64,000 bases of DNA from assembly GCA_009859145.1 (NCBI GenBank), contig VRVR01000044.1, forward strand, positions 62,001 to 126,000, written 5' to 3'. The position numbers and the translations under genes were made by a program. The stretch comes from Andalucia godoyi And28 (lineage: Eukaryota > Protista > Jakobida). The notes under the pieces are model-generated. The model was not told where the DNA came from. It worked only from the letters and a program-made list of their open reading frames with translations, and made no database searches. Shown in pieces: positions 30,301 through 41,037 of the stretch (positions are counted from its first letter, which is position 1; each line of letters starts with the position of its first letter).

Positions 30301-33291
30301 CAAGAATGATGGCAACTGCCCTTCCAGGTAAGGAAGAATGGTTCGAATCGCGCTCGAAAAAGACGAAAATGCCACGATGCTTTTTGAGGAAGATATGATA
30401 CCTTCAATGACAAGAGGAACAAAAGAAGGATCTTGCGTTAATGTCTTGGAGTGTGGCATCGACAAATGCACAACCATCTGTTCCAAGAATGCGAGAACTG
30501 ACGAAAAACACCTGGAATTCCCGTCGCTCGAAGGAGGATTTCTGCGCATCCAGTCTAGAATCCTTTCAGCAAACCGACGAACAACTGACCTGTGCACTTC
30601 AGCAAACAACTCATCCTCTTCTACAATCACCTCCTTGCTGTCCGACGAGTGGATTACTGTGACAACATCGTTCTCCTCCTCTTCAAACATGTCGTTTTCG
30701 AAAGACAAGGATCGACCGTCAAATTCTTCAAGGTACCGGTTGATCAAATAATGCTTCTCAGTCAACACGCGATGATGCTCAATGAGTTCCATCAAAGATT
30801 CAACACACATGGTGTACGTCTCCGAAGACAAGTGCTGAGAGTCGGACAACGCGGCCACATAGATGGAAACAAGCAGCGAAAAATACGAGTGCTTCTTCGC
30901 AGTCTTCACGAAGGGAATCGGAATTCGATGACTCTCGGCAGCGGATCCCAGAACCGGGGCAAACAATGTTGAAATGTCATCCGAAAGCAAAGAACAGTGG
31001 AAAGACGAGAGTCCATTCATGGGGTCCAAAGACACGAACTGCCGAACGACGGACAGAAAGTATGCCAACCGCAGTTCATCGAATCTGAACTGCTTTGTGC
31101 ACAATGCATCACCGTCAATGATGATTGGAAGCAAAACATCCAGAAACCTATGGCGATCGCCCTTAAACGTAAACGTAAGAACTTTGCGAAACCACCGAGA
31201 AACTGCGGCAGACGGACAGGACAGGCATCCAGCCAAAAGCAACAATGGGAACGTTGCGTTGTTCTTCATCGAAAACGAATCCCACTCCAAAGCCAATTCC
31301 ACGCTCTCATTCCAATTTCGAGAGAACACATCGGCAAGAGTGTGCTCTGCCAGAACTGCATCGACCGAGCGCAAATCCTCGTACACCTTCACAACAGTGG
31401 ATCGCAACAGTGGATTATTGACAAACATCATCGTTAGCTCTGTAAACGTCCCGCTGAACGTCTGTTTGGACAACATCACAGACTTGGCTTCCGACTCGCG
31501 GTTGAATAAATCAAGAAGCACTTGCAAGGACTCGAGATACAATTCAAAGTACCCATTCTTGAAAGCATCTTTGGAAAGTTGTACAACGCTTCGTCCGAAT
31601 TGCTCGAGGCCTGCAGACTCGTTCGGTAAGATGTTGAGAACCCTTGATCGAACACTCAAGCACAAAATGCAGACATGGTGGAAGAGATCATTCCACTCGT
31701 GTTCGAAAATCCGTATGTCGTCCGAGGCAGCTGAGAACCGCGACGCTAGCGCATGCAAGACATCAAACGCAAACTTTGCGTAGCCAAGGACGTTGCGCTC
31801 CGTATAAGATACTACTCCCAACACCTTTTGTAGCACTTGAACGGCATCGGAGAGAGAATCTCTGCTCACCGCACCTGCTGAAGCCAGAACCAGTCTCAGC
31901 CAAGAAGAAGTTGAATCAAATATAAGAGGCAGATAGAGTTCCTGTGTAGAAGCATCGCGCACAGAGAGTACATCAAGGACGCCGTCAATGCAATGAAGGA
32001 TCCGTTTAGAATTCGAGGAAATAGAAGACGCGCAAAATGACGAAACGACATCCCACAGTCGCGGAAACCCAAGAATTGCAAACAACTTCATTGCGGTATG
32101 AAACACTTCATGCGATGAAACATGCGTGGTGGTCGAGCTTTGCGAAACCGCAGAACTAGTAAGCGAATTGCTGACAGAAAAGGGGCTTGGAATCCCCGCT
32201 GAAGACGTCGACGACCGCAAAGAAAGAACCGCATCCACAATGGCTAAGAGGACATCGTCGCTAAGCGAATCTACGACGTCTGGCTTCTGCTCATGCAGCG
32301 CAATCACCACGGTGAACGGAAGATTTCCCAGCGACGCCAGCGGAGACGTGAACAAACGGTACAAAGCGGCATTCGTGTCCGGGACGTCACCTGCGCTGTG
32401 TTCTGTCTCTGGAAAAAGCCAATTCATGCATCTTCGTGTAATCGACATTTCGCGTCGAGCAAGAAGGCGAAGAACGCTCAGAGTCATAACAACTCTATCA
32501 TCCTGTGAAAAACAGTGGACAAAGATGGAGGACCAGTACTTCACAAGCACGTCCAAGCCAAAACGCTGCACAAACAAATTCTTATCACGCAATGCAGCAG
32601 ACAGGGTCGATGAAACAGAGCTGCTGTTCTTCGTGTAGAACTCCATATCTTCTGCGTCGGTCGACTGGCAGATGAGCAAGTACTGTAATGCAAAGAGCCT
32701 AGTGGCTGTCGAGCACATTGCCGAGGACCATAAATTCTGCAGCAATGCACCACGTCTGCAGCCAGTTCTGATGTCCGACAACAACTTGATGCAGGTGTCG
32801 CAGATTGAAGAGCCCTCCTCTTCCAGTCCAGGAAGAATTGCAGCGAGCAGTCCTCCAAGAATGCCTTCCAATTGGCTGACGAATGCGACATAGTACTTTT
32901 CCAAGAGCTGCAACAGCACAGGTCTCACTTGCATGGAAGCGTGAGGAAGAAGCGGGAAGAGGCCCTCGGCATAAAATGGTGCGTCCAGATGAATTCGCGA
33001 TCCACAAACGCATCTTTCCAGCAATTGCTCGTAGACGCCCAGAGCTTTCAGATGCACACCTGACGGTAAAGACGGATTTAGACACTGTGCTAATCTCTTT
33101 GCGAGCACAAACCGCTCAGGAAAAGGAGCATGTTCAAGACGGCCTTCCATCCGAGAAATCAGCTTTGACAATCTCTGCAAGCATCGAATCAGATCCGCCC
33201 ATTCCTTTGCACGATCAAAGGCACTCAGCACCGAAACAACCTCCGCAGAAAGCGATTTTAGTGCCTTTGCATCCTCCACTGAAGTAGACAT
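27343..33291 (-). CDS. DOP1: Dopey family trafficking protein
   Basis: Dopey N-domain (KEWADLIRCL...LAKRLAQCLNPSLPSGVHLKAL.VY) and C-terminal LLKMAFLLFSSRIDRY..LLP...EKLVESLR. Confidence 0.95.
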   Translation of the reverse strand: MSTSVEDAKALKSLSAEVVSVLSAFDRAKEWADLIRCLQRLSKLISRMEGRLEHAPFPERFVLAKRLAQCLNPSLPSGVHLKALGVYEQLLERCVCGSRIHLDAPFYAEGLFPLLPHASMQVRPVLLQLLEKYYVAFVSQLEGILGGLLAAILPGLEEEGSSICDTCIKLLSDIRTGCRRGALLQNLWSSAMCSTATRLFALQYLLICQSTDAEDMEFYTKNSSSVSSTLSAALRDKNLFVQRFGLDVLVKYWSSIFVHCFSQDDRVVMTLSVLRLLARREMSITRRCMNWLFPETEHSAGDVPDTNAALYRLFTSPLASLGNLPFTVVIALHEQKPDVVDSLSDDVLLAIVDAVLSLRSSTSSAGIPSPFSVSNSLTSSAVSQSSTTTHVSSHEVFHTAMKLFAILGFPRLWDVVSSFCASSISSNSKRILHCIDGVLDVLSVRDASTQELYLPLIFDSTSSWLRLVLASAGAVSRDSLSDAVQVLQKVLGVVSYTERNVLGYAKFAFDVLHALASRFSAASDDIRIFEHEWNDLFHHVCILCLSVRSRVLNILPNESAGLEQFGRSVVQLSKDAFKNGYFELYLESLQVLLDLFNRESEAKSVMLSKQTFSGTFTELTMMFVNNPLLRSTVVKVYEDLRSVDAVLAEHTLADVFSRNWNESVELALEWDSFSMKNNATFPLLLLAGCLSCPSAAVSRWFRKVLTFTFKGDRHRFLDVLLPIIIDGDALCTKQFRFDELRLAYFLSVVRQFVSLDPMNGLSSFHCSLLSDDISTLFAPVLGSAAESHRIPIPFVKTAKKHSYFSLLVSIYVAALSDSQHLSSETYTMCVESLMELIEHHRVLTEKHYLINRYLEEFDGRSLSFENDMFEEEENDVVTVIHSSDSKEVIVEEDELFAEVHRSVVRRFAERILDWMRRNPPSSDGNSRCFSSVLAFLEQMVVHLSMPHSKTLTQDPSFVPLVIEGIISSSKSIVAFSSFSSAIRTILPYLEGQLPSFLSALIPRLSMLLESLSDCDEVFAQVLVTVLDILLWCVPSSLLVNASSATSLNSSAILMPSDQKSIVRKFLMKKGLSPYVERLSRLYPSYTFSSPSLLVASQVSTSSGLSFSPSTITAPFRLFAGFVRDVFLSPVPIESATPISKDTYLNTPLEESHFVLFSLLSTVLEPLLLKKSSVAVVREFMHSLYVSYPVLSTGALNLAILRVASKLPLRDVLNYLVQFVRFPVSQYLLHLFSLVHFSCALTSAALANPQQEDVREFGRSLLQRPSVSAWEPPSAACDGIENVDLFHLLFVLSSQVSQTKSLVPPNPLVSSSSVCPGLFRAFVHINTMIGTEDLLYIVAEWLQEAVSPDAPSPLTLSFFSSSLFSNMLRDISSFLSNVPSPIFYTRFLRCVSLASLCLQAQNQQSQLLGLQHSVSGSGVTSSSRKSATRSSQLSMSHAESASSFTSSSDAILTRELLETFQKISDSAVASAVRNPRSHHQIVELADFTARLCSALCFVSASYSGSGSSPAVASSGDLNALASSPSGNSSSLSELRFRATGSYTLYTNTSYALVPWSARCPISPDVSSIIAYWRANPDEYSPTFIAFFSMLIVPRKEVFDVFEKDPMFFSRFTGYRVPEKIATCSPNVSSILDWAAYLDFLCTNERTLMSDFLGRAPTMGVVNAPGGVVPGGIPNPFSQVSPAQRVKFLLKMAFLLFSSRIDRYTSLLPVVFEKLVESLRVASGGHGSSSSLFSGLLSDKESRESPDPEAPILSRDNSTPNFDADDDVSPDVESSGAVSYDSSYDVISRAVMFCFRVVLARFSPQHVISFWPTILSEITRVFESALQASESKRALGVSEKKVLQESLLLLDTAMLLVPEDFFPFEGIFIGHAAFSADANGTPKFLPYLLRFAGKHTPTLDLDAASDGPASVLSPVIRHPCLDIRKIHASRIPELCSAVIDHSRVLRRWPFIPDRNAVDSTIASTFLDWEDEGPVVVVDSTNSNL

Positions 33292-33658
33292 CCTTTCCGC
33301 GAGCTCTTCAACGAAGACACGTTCGGAACACTAAAGACGAAGAAACAGATTCGCCGTAGTATACGAAAAAGAAATGCCTTTAAAAATATGATAAAAATCG
33401 AATTTCGCAGCGCAATGTGCAAAAGACAAGACGGCGGGTTCCCGGATCCACCTTACACAATCAATTTTTTGACTCAATTGATGCTTACGAAATGTGCAGT
33501 TCCACGAAAAGATCATAAGACCTAATTGTGCGAGTCTGTGAGGGGGATTCATCTCGCGGGGTTTCAACACCAACACCAACACCAACACCAACACCAACAC
33601 CAACACGAACAACAATAATAACAACAGAAGAAGAAGAAAAAGAAGAAGAAGGTGGTGA

Positions 33659-34171
33659 GTGCGAGTGTGGGCGTGTGTGTTCATGTTCGCTGTGCTGTAC
33701 AGTGTACTGACATGGGTGCTGGCTCGTGGACTGAGACTACGGAGAGGTACCGTCTGCATCAACGAACGATCGTTCTTGTGTCCTGTGGCGGCGCATGGTG
33801 TCGCCGGCCAAGCAGTGGAATCGGCAGCCGGTCTCCAGACGGTTACGTGTACTGCGCTTGAAGCTGCGTCGGTTGCGGGTGTTCGGCGATCGCGATGGCA
33901 AGGAATGCGAATCAAGAAGCATTTTGTGACACAGACAGCGGTTCGCGTGAGGCCCAGCGACTCCCAATTTCTCGGTTCGTTTGCGCTCTCGACCGAGCTG
34001 CGCACGGTGCAAAGCGGTCCTCTTGCGCTCATCCCGTTTCTCAAACACTGGTTTTCCCGCACGGAATTTGTTCTTGTGAAGAGTGCAATTCTGGTGTTTC
34101 TTACGCTCCATGTTGAGCCGTACCGCCCAGTCCTTGCTCTCAATGACATTGCAGAACAAATAGAGGACTGA
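33659..34171 (+). CDS. Hypothetical protein (strand and frame uncertain)
   Basis: 170-aa ORF with a plausible C-terminus (LIPFLKHWFSRTEFVLV...). Competing ORFs exist on the minus strand. Confidence 0.25.
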   Translation: MRVWACVFMFAVLYSVLTWVLARGLRLRRGTVCINERSFLCPVAAHGVAGQAVESAAGLQTVTCTALEAASVAGVRRSRWQGMRIKKHFVTQTAVRVRPSDSQFLGSFALSTELRTVQSGPLALIPFLKHWFSRTEFVLVKSAILVFLTLHVEPYRPVLALNDIAEQIED

Positions 34172-34467
34172 TTGAGTTCCTGGGAGAGTCGAGAGGTGCA
34201 TTGCTCGCTGCAGTTCTGTGATTCCATCGAGGGTCTGTTCGTCTGTCCGTTTTCAAATCGTTCGTCTTTCTCCAGTTGCATTGCGGTCAGTTCTCAGTAG
34301 TCAGTACGTACAAGCAACTGCTCAATGCCGGTCGACAAGTGCGCACCGCGGTTGATTTGAATGTTAAAATTATGAATCCCGACTCGAGGATAGGACTGCG
34401 AATTTTGTGTTTGGTCTTTACAGGCAGATGGTGATGATAATTAAGAAAACGAGGTGTGGACTTCCGA

Positions 34468-34860
34468 TTACGCAGAAGAGAACTTGGAGACGGCCTTGGT
34501 TCCCTCGGAGACGGCGTGCTTGGCAAGCTCACCGGGGAGAACCAGGCGGACTGCAGTCTGGATTTCGCGGGACGACAGCGTCTTGGTCTTGTTGTAGCGA
34601 GACAGACGCGAGGCCTCGGTGGCAATGCGCTCAAACACATCGTTGATAAACGAGTTCATGATGCCCATGGCGCGGGTCGAAATGCCAATGTCCGAGTGAA
34701 CCTGGCGGAGGACCTTGTAGATGTACGACGAGAAGGTCTCCTCGCGGCGCTTGGAGCGCTTCTTCTTGTCCGAGGACGGCGCGGGGGCGGCGGCGGCGGG
34801 CTTCTCGACAGACTTGGTGGCCTTTGAGGCGACTTTCTTTGCGGCGGTCTTGGGGGCCAT
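34468..34860 (-). CDS. H2B: Histone H2B (copy 1)
   Basis: [46 protein letters not shown]...[28 protein letters not shown]. Confidence 0.98.
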   Translation of the reverse strand: MAPKTAAKKVASKATKSVEKPAAAAPAPSSDKKKRSKRREETFSSYIYKVLRQVHSDIGISTRAMGIMNSFINDVFERIATEASRLSRYNKTKTLSSREIQTAVRLVLPGELAKHAVSEGTKAVSKFSSA

Positions 34861-35363
34861 TGTTAGTACAGTTATCGGGGTGGTGTTAGTAGGGACTTGC
34901 TCAAAAGGAAAAAAAGCGGGGAGGAAATAATAATAATAATAACAACTAAAATATAAAAAAAGAGAAGGCCGAATGAAGAAAGAAGGAAGAAGCGGACAGC
35001 ATCCACGATTTCCCTCCTTCGCGGGAAGACGAGTGGAGCCCCCCCGGCGCCACTGGCAGCACTTGCAAACGGTGCGTCGAATCGCACACTACGGTAGATG
35101 TCAGAAAAGGTTCACCAAAAGACTGCAGCCTGAATACAGTCGGAGAAATGGAACTGCAAGTTTTGTTTTTCGGGTTCGCCCACTGGCTTGTGTTTTAGGT
35201 CTTTGCTTCTTTAAGTTTTATTTATTTACTTATTTACACGGCTCGGCACGTAGCAACCCACTGAAAACTCACGCACTTTGCTGTCTGCGCTGCATTGATT
35301 TCTACGCATTCCTACCGAGGAAACTTATCAAAAAAGCAATCCTCGAACGAACCTCACAACCAC

Positions 35364-37871
35364 ATGTCTGCGATCGAGTATTTCGAGTCGTTTGGTGTTG
35401 AATCCGCTGCTGGCAGGCTGTCCTTGTTGCGGCGCGTGGTGGATTCTGCAAATGTCGATGGACTGCTGTTCGTCGCGGGCGTGGACGGTGGCAGCAACGA
35501 TCTGTCAAGACAAGTGATCTCGTGGCTGCTGTTCGGATCGTGCCACGGCTCCATGTTGGAACTCTTCCACAAGGACCTCGCCAAGTTTTTTGGAACCCCG
35601 GGCGCTCTTCCCGAGAATTTCGACGCAGGCGTGCTGGACATTCTGCCTTCTCCAGACGTTGTGGAGGATGTGATGCTATTTATGTCGAAGACGAGCGTGC
35701 GAATATATTGCCCTGTGCCCGCGCTCGCTCTGAAGTCCGCTGGTTGGCCTTCCTGCCTTGTGCTCTCTCCACCGCTGGAGTTGTTTCTTTCAGAAGACGT
35801 GGACGCGCTGGAGGAGTTCAAGATTCATGCATTTGTCAGCTTGTGCGGCGACGCCAAGGTGGTGGGTGTCCCGCTCCATCAAGGAAGAAATTCATCGGAC
35901 GTCATGATGACCGTGGAGCAGTGGCCGATTGTGCAGGGCTATGCGCTGGAGTCTGATTCGGCGAGTCGTGGCTTCTTCTCGCTGAAACACTCGATTCAGC
36001 CTGCTGCACTCCCGCTGGAGAACCTCATTTTCAGCAACGAAGACGCACATTCTCTGCATGTCATGCGCACGTTTGTGGTCCCTAACCTGTCTCGGCACGT
36101 CCTCGATTCTTCCCGATTCGAGCATCTGCAACAGCCAGGGGTCTCTGACAACTTTCCACTGAATCTCTACTTCAACTTTGGGGAGGATTACGCATTTTCA
36201 CATGGGTACCGGCCCAAAATTCGGCCGCATATGTCTCGAGTATCGGAAGACGTCTTCCACTTGAAGATCTCAGATCCAAAATGGCCAATCGTGTGTGATA
36301 GAATGGTCTTTGCCCGGTCGGCGAATACGCTGTCGTCGTCTGCAGAGGACGCCTTCCGTCGCTATTGCCGCTTGGTTCACGTCGTCCGTGGAATGGCCCC
36401 TGTCCACTCCGGAGTTCAAATGGAGGATTCTGTGCTAGAAGGTTCTGTCGTTTGCCGTGCTGCAAGAGACGGAAACATTGTGTTCTCGGAAGTGATTGGC
36501 GTGACAGAATCGGTCCCCGTGCTCCTGTCTACGTTTTCGTCGAAACTGGATATTCTTCCGACCCTCCATCCAGACCATAAGGAGGATGCAGATGTATCAA
36601 CGGAATGCAGCGGTTTGTCTGTCCGCATGCTGATGCATGATGAACTTTCGGGTACCGTGGTATCTGATGGCCAATTTGTGTTCTTATCCGCCACGGCGCT
36701 CGTTGTTCAAAGCACTGTCTACGGCCCGCATTTTTTCAATCTGCAGCAGGACGTCCTGGGCTTTTCCACAACTGTTGATAATCACTGGATTGTTTTTCGA
36801 TTGTCGCCCACTCTTGATCCGTTGTTTGGTGTCTTCCGGTCTTCTTGGTTTGCCTTGCGCAATGACCATCAGTTTGTTCGTCGTCGCTTCCCATCCACCG
36901 ATTCATCTCTGCCGGGACTTCCAGAAGAACTTCGGTCATTCACTGCTTTCCATCCTCTTCGTCGTTCGCCTGGTAATGATCGAGAAGTCGGTGACATCCA
37001 GGATGGGACGATCGTTGTGTGTGGCCATTTCAACAGCGGCAAGGAGGAGCTGCAAAGTGCGCTATTGTTTCGAGGCATTGCACCCTCCGCTATTCATGTC
37101 TGCGACGATGACGACGCGCCATTTCAGGTGGCCAGAAAGTTTGCGGCATCAGGTAGGCGCATCAGCTTGATAGTATCGTGTTTTGCGGCGCATGGGTCTA
37201 TCGATAGCTCTTTGCGAACCGTTGGCCTGTTGGAACAGTACATTCCAGGGTTTGTCCAAGGAGTTTTTCTCCATCCGGGCTCAAGATTTCCAGAGTTTTT
37301 GCGCATGGCAAATCCGCAGGCCTCCATCCTGGATCTCGACGCAATCGTGGAGGCGCATCAGCGTCGATTGTTCATGCACGAAGGTTTCAAGGAGGTTCGC
37401 AGCTGTTACGCAGCCGTGGAGTTCGCTGCTTCCATTGCACATCAGTGCATCTGCTTCTTCCGAGATGCGATTCCGGTGTGTGTGAAAGAGGAAGAGCTGG
37501 TTTCCACAGCGAGGTCGTTCGAAAACTGCCTTGATGCGTATATATCAGGTGTGGGAGATCGCTCCAAGGTTCTCAAGTATTGTTCGCTCAAGCTGCCGGA
37601 GTCGAGATCGCATATCATTCTGCAGACGCGCGTCAGCGATTTTATCCGGCCTCCGACTTCTCCGATGCGGAAAAGGAAGATTCGATCGCCCGTGGATTTG
37701 ACTGATGAGGACAGAGAAGCCATTCGAGCGCAGCACTTGTTTGATCCGTTGCCGGAAGGATGTTTTTTCAATGGCAATGAATACCTAGGTTTTGATGGAT
37801 TTCGTTCCAGGTTTCATCCAAGCATGGACGCGTTCATAGAAGACTTTATTCAAGAATACAATGCTGCATGA
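35364..37871 (+). CDS. DNAAF9: Dynein axonemal assembly factor 9 (C20orf194/Shulin)-like
   Basis: DGLLFVAGVDG..N...R.VISWLLFG, EEFKIHAFV, VEQWPIVQGYALE...GFFSLKH and C-terminal PLPEGCFFNGNEYLGFDG....FHPSMD all match DNAAF9 motifs. Confidence 0.88.
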   Translation: MSAIEYFESFGVESAAGRLSLLRRVVDSANVDGLLFVAGVDGGSNDLSRQVISWLLFGSCHGSMLELFHKDLAKFFGTPGALPENFDAGVLDILPSPDVVEDVMLFMSKTSVRIYCPVPALALKSAGWPSCLVLSPPLELFLSEDVDALEEFKIHAFVSLCGDAKVVGVPLHQGRNSSDVMMTVEQWPIVQGYALESDSASRGFFSLKHSIQPAALPLENLIFSNEDAHSLHVMRTFVVPNLSRHVLDSSRFEHLQQPGVSDNFPLNLYFNFGEDYAFSHGYRPKIRPHMSRVSEDVFHLKISDPKWPIVCDRMVFARSANTLSSSAEDAFRRYCRLVHVVRGMAPVHSGVQMEDSVLEGSVVCRAARDGNIVFSEVIGVTESVPVLLSTFSSKLDILPTLHPDHKEDADVSTECSGLSVRMLMHDELSGTVVSDGQFVFLSATALVVQSTVYGPHFFNLQQDVLGFSTTVDNHWIVFRLSPTLDPLFGVFRSSWFALRNDHQFVRRRFPSTDSSLPGLPEELRSFTAFHPLRRSPGNDREVGDIQDGTIVVCGHFNSGKEELQSALLFRGIAPSAIHVCDDDDAPFQVARKFAASGRRISLIVSCFAAHGSIDSSLRTVGLLEQYIPGFVQGVFLHPGSRFPEFLRMANPQASILDLDAIVEAHQRRLFMHEGFKEVRSCYAAVEFAASIAHQCICFFRDAIPVCVKEEELVSTARSFENCLDAYISGVGDRSKVLKYCSLKLPESRSHIILQTRVSDFIRPPTSPMRKRKIRSPVDLTDEDREAIRAQHLFDPLPEGCFFNGNEYLGFDGFRSRFHPSMDAFIEDFIQEYNAA

Positions 37872-38000
37872 CATGGCTTGGACTATTTTTTATCTTTCCT
37901 TCTTTCTCTCTTTTTTTTTTTTTTTAATTTAAATAATTATGATAATGTTTTTTTTAATTACTATTTGCTGGTTACTTGCTTGTTTTTGCTGTTTTCCCGA

Positions 38001-40718
38001 TTACGGCTTCTTTACCGTCTCTTGCGAATCTGTGCCTTTGATCATCTGCAAAAACTCTTCTTCGAGCGTTTTGTACCCTTCGTCAAGAGCTTTGATCACT
38101 GGGTCCTCGGGTACAGCTTGCTGATTCTGCGACGGTGCCTCTGTCGAACCCGGTTGTTCTGTATTCCCTTTCTCTTTTTGCATCTTCTCGTACTCTACTG
38201 CTCTGATGTCAGATCGCACACGCACAAACTGAGCCCTTTGATATTCCCGATCAATGAACCCGCGGAACACTTCTTCTTCCTTCAAAATCTTTTTTGAAAA
38301 TGGGCGCGGAATTTCGATAATTCGCAAGGTTCCGGTCTCGTCTGCAACAGCAAGAAGAGATCCGCGGGAGCTGTGCTGCGCGTTGGCTGCCGTTGGCGCA
38401 AACGACAGACCATAAATCTTCGCCGGCGCTACGACTTGAGAGAGCATCGGTTCATGCGTACGATCCAGCAGATCCCAAACCTCAATTCGGCCATCAACAG
38501 TTGCTGTAAAAATCACTCCCGGGCGATTCGGAGAGAATGCAGCAGCAGACAGCAGGGAAGAAGAGGCAGGGGACGTAAAAATCAGCGATTCCATGTAGTA
38601 CAAGCACCATTTCCAGTCCCCAACCGTCAGAAGGAGATGCTCATCGAACGGAGAGCTGGATACCCCAACAACAGGGCCACTGTGCGTACGAAGTACTCGA
38701 TCTACACAGTCCTTTCGGTTCTTCTTCGAAGACACGACAGACGGAGTGCTTGTCGATGTACCATCGTCAACTGCTGCAATTTGAGGAATCGCCTGATTGG
38801 ACAATGCCCAGTTCACATGCCCCAATTCACCTTCTTCAGTTCCAACCCACGTCTTGCAGAAAACTTCGGCGGGGCTCAGAACAGCCGTCTTTTTGGAAGA
38901 AGAAGAAGAAGTTGTTGTTCCGGAAGGATTTGTCGCGTCAGTGCTGGACAGAATATCCAGATGCAAACACAGCGAGGTGAACCTTCCGGATCGTTCAATA
39001 GGAGTCAGAGAAACGCGGAATGTTGGGTTCCAGACAAGATCCGACTCATCCTCGGCTTTCTTCCTGGAAGATTGCGTTAACCCGGACATGACGCCAAGAT
39101 TCAAATTACCAGCTCCCAAAAGACTTTGGCCTGCAAACAGCTGCTCATCCACAGCTGGAGTCGACGCATTTCTGACGAAGACGTCCCAAACCATGATGTT
39201 CGAATCGTACCCGCAAGTAACAAACTGGCAAGCAACGCTAGCATCTCCAGATTGATGAAATGAACCAATTGGTCGCAACTCCGAACGCTTCTGGGAATCT
39301 GCGGTCCGAGCATCAGCAGATTCTACAGGAGGCAGCCACACAAGATCAGCAACAGCACCAAAGTGCCCATTTTCAATGGACGACAGGAGTGCAAAAGGCA
39401 CGACTAGGCCCTTGCTCTGTGGCACATTGATATTCGCCAAATCCCAAATGCATAGCCGACCGTTGACACAGCCCGCTACTACTATCATGGACTTTGGATG
39501 GAACGCAAAAACGGAAATATCTGCAGGAGCTTCCAGGGCGCACTTCGGGACAATCGGATCTGAAAAAGCCCAGAGCAGCAGATGAGAGGGTTTAACAAAA
39601 CCGTAAGACAACACCCGCGTGTCGAAATTTTCAGCGGAAGAAATAGACACTCCAAGGACACCTTTCAGCAAGGGGTGCCATTGGACTCTACTTAGCCGTT
39701 TGTTCTTGGAATACTCGATATGCGTAAACGATTGCTGCTCCTTCAACACAACTTCGCCACGTTTCAAGGAAGGAACATCCTCGTCTTCGAGCAGAGCAAA
39801 ATCATCAGACAACAGATCCAGAACTTCATTTCCCGTCAGCATAGGATTAACCTGATGGGCAAGCTGAGAGATGAGCTCTCGAAACTCCTTTCGTTTCGCG
39901 TTCTGCTCCTTTCGAGACACAAGATCTGCTTCACTGATGTCATCCGACGCAACTTCGGGGGCATCTGGCTCAAACAGCCAGTGGCTATCCAGGACTTGGA
40001 CCATGCTTTCTTCGCTCACCTGCGTAGACGCTGGGACCTTGCGGTTGAAGATTGTCTGGGAACTTCGTTCTGACGGAGCAGGAACAGCCTGAACTCCGAT
40101 TTCGAGCTCACGTCTGCGTGTTTCAAAGTTCGGGTCCTTGAACGGTCTGAACTCTGTAAAGTCGTCCAGAGCATCGCGGTCGTCAAAGGATTCCTTTGGG
40201 CGATTGAAATATCGTCGATCACGGCTGACGTAGGACATCTGAAACGGTCGGTCATTCTGAATTCTCTCTTCCATGATCTCCTTGTCAGACCCGAGGGATA
40301 TCCATCCCATGCGCACTTTCTGCGGCTCGACCTGCTCTGCAACGGCTTCTTCTTCAACAACGGGATTAAGCACGCGATCCCTGCGCGTCATTTCCTCTGC
40401 AAACCGCTCTCCAGTAGTGACAATGTAAAAGTTATCTCCGTATTTGGAATCTGAATCGTACACAACCATGATTTCTTCACCTGGAAAATCCTTGATTTGC
40501 GGCTTAAAGCGCTGAAAATCAGAAATGACACCTCGGAATTGGATGTCGTCCAGAATCTTTTGTTTTGACAGAAGCTTCCACGGAACATCAGAAGTCACGT
40601 CCTTGTCAGTGACAAGCCCGAACATTTCCTGCGTCGTTCCCACGATGAAAATAGGAGCGACTCCAGAGTCCCCTTCAGGACCTTTTCCCGGAGCAGCACC
40701 TCCAGCTTCGGCGGGCAT
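38001..40718 (-). CDS. DNAI3: Axonemal dynein intermediate chain, WDR63/IC140 type
   Basis: YDSDSKYGDNFYI, WISLGSDKEIMEE, ELEIGVQAVP, WD40 propeller and ATVDGRIEVWDLLDRTHEP. Confidence 0.85.
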   Translation of the reverse strand: MPAEAGGAAPGKGPEGDSGVAPIFIVGTTQEMFGLVTDKDVTSDVPWKLLSKQKILDDIQFRGVISDFQRFKPQIKDFPGEEIMVVYDSDSKYGDNFYIVTTGERFAEEMTRRDRVLNPVVEEEAVAEQVEPQKVRMGWISLGSDKEIMEERIQNDRPFQMSYVSRDRRYFNRPKESFDDRDALDDFTEFRPFKDPNFETRRRELEIGVQAVPAPSERSSQTIFNRKVPASTQVSEESMVQVLDSHWLFEPDAPEVASDDISEADLVSRKEQNAKRKEFRELISQLAHQVNPMLTGNEVLDLLSDDFALLEDEDVPSLKRGEVVLKEQQSFTHIEYSKNKRLSRVQWHPLLKGVLGVSISSAENFDTRVLSYGFVKPSHLLLWAFSDPIVPKCALEAPADISVFAFHPKSMIVVAGCVNGRLCIWDLANINVPQSKGLVVPFALLSSIENGHFGAVADLVWLPPVESADARTADSQKRSELRPIGSFHQSGDASVACQFVTCGYDSNIMVWDVFVRNASTPAVDEQLFAGQSLLGAGNLNLGVMSGLTQSSRKKAEDESDLVWNPTFRVSLTPIERSGRFTSLCLHLDILSSTDATNPSGTTTSSSSSKKTAVLSPAEVFCKTWVGTEEGELGHVNWALSNQAIPQIAAVDDGTSTSTPSVVSSKKNRKDCVDRVLRTHSGPVVGVSSSPFDEHLLLTVGDWKWCLYYMESLIFTSPASSSLLSAAAFSPNRPGVIFTATVDGRIEVWDLLDRTHEPMLSQVVAPAKIYGLSFAPTAANAQHSSRGSLLAVADETGTLRIIEIPRPFSKKILKEEEVFRGFIDREYQRAQFVRVRSDIRAVEYEKMQKEKGNTEQPGSTEAPSQNQQAVPEDPVIKALDEGYKTLEEEFLQMIKGTDSQETVKKP

Positions 40719-41037
40719 CCTTATGAAACCGTGAGAAGGATTTACACTTTACAACGCAACAAAATGCCAAAAGAACGACGGAAGATGAAAAGACGAGACA
40801 GGAATTGGACAAAGAAGCTTTCCAGTTAGTTTTTTGGCGGGCCTCGAGACGTGGGGGTCGGTTGACAGTTCGGGAAAGACAGGAAAGACTATCGTACGCG
40901 GTCATGTCTACCGTGCCCCTTTCCCTTTGCTGCGAGGACCGCAAGCGGTTTAGTATCAAGCATCAATATGGGCCCCCCCCCCCCCGTTACCGTAAGGTTG
41001 CGCAAAACGGAGCACCAGTGCCGCCCAGACATTCCAA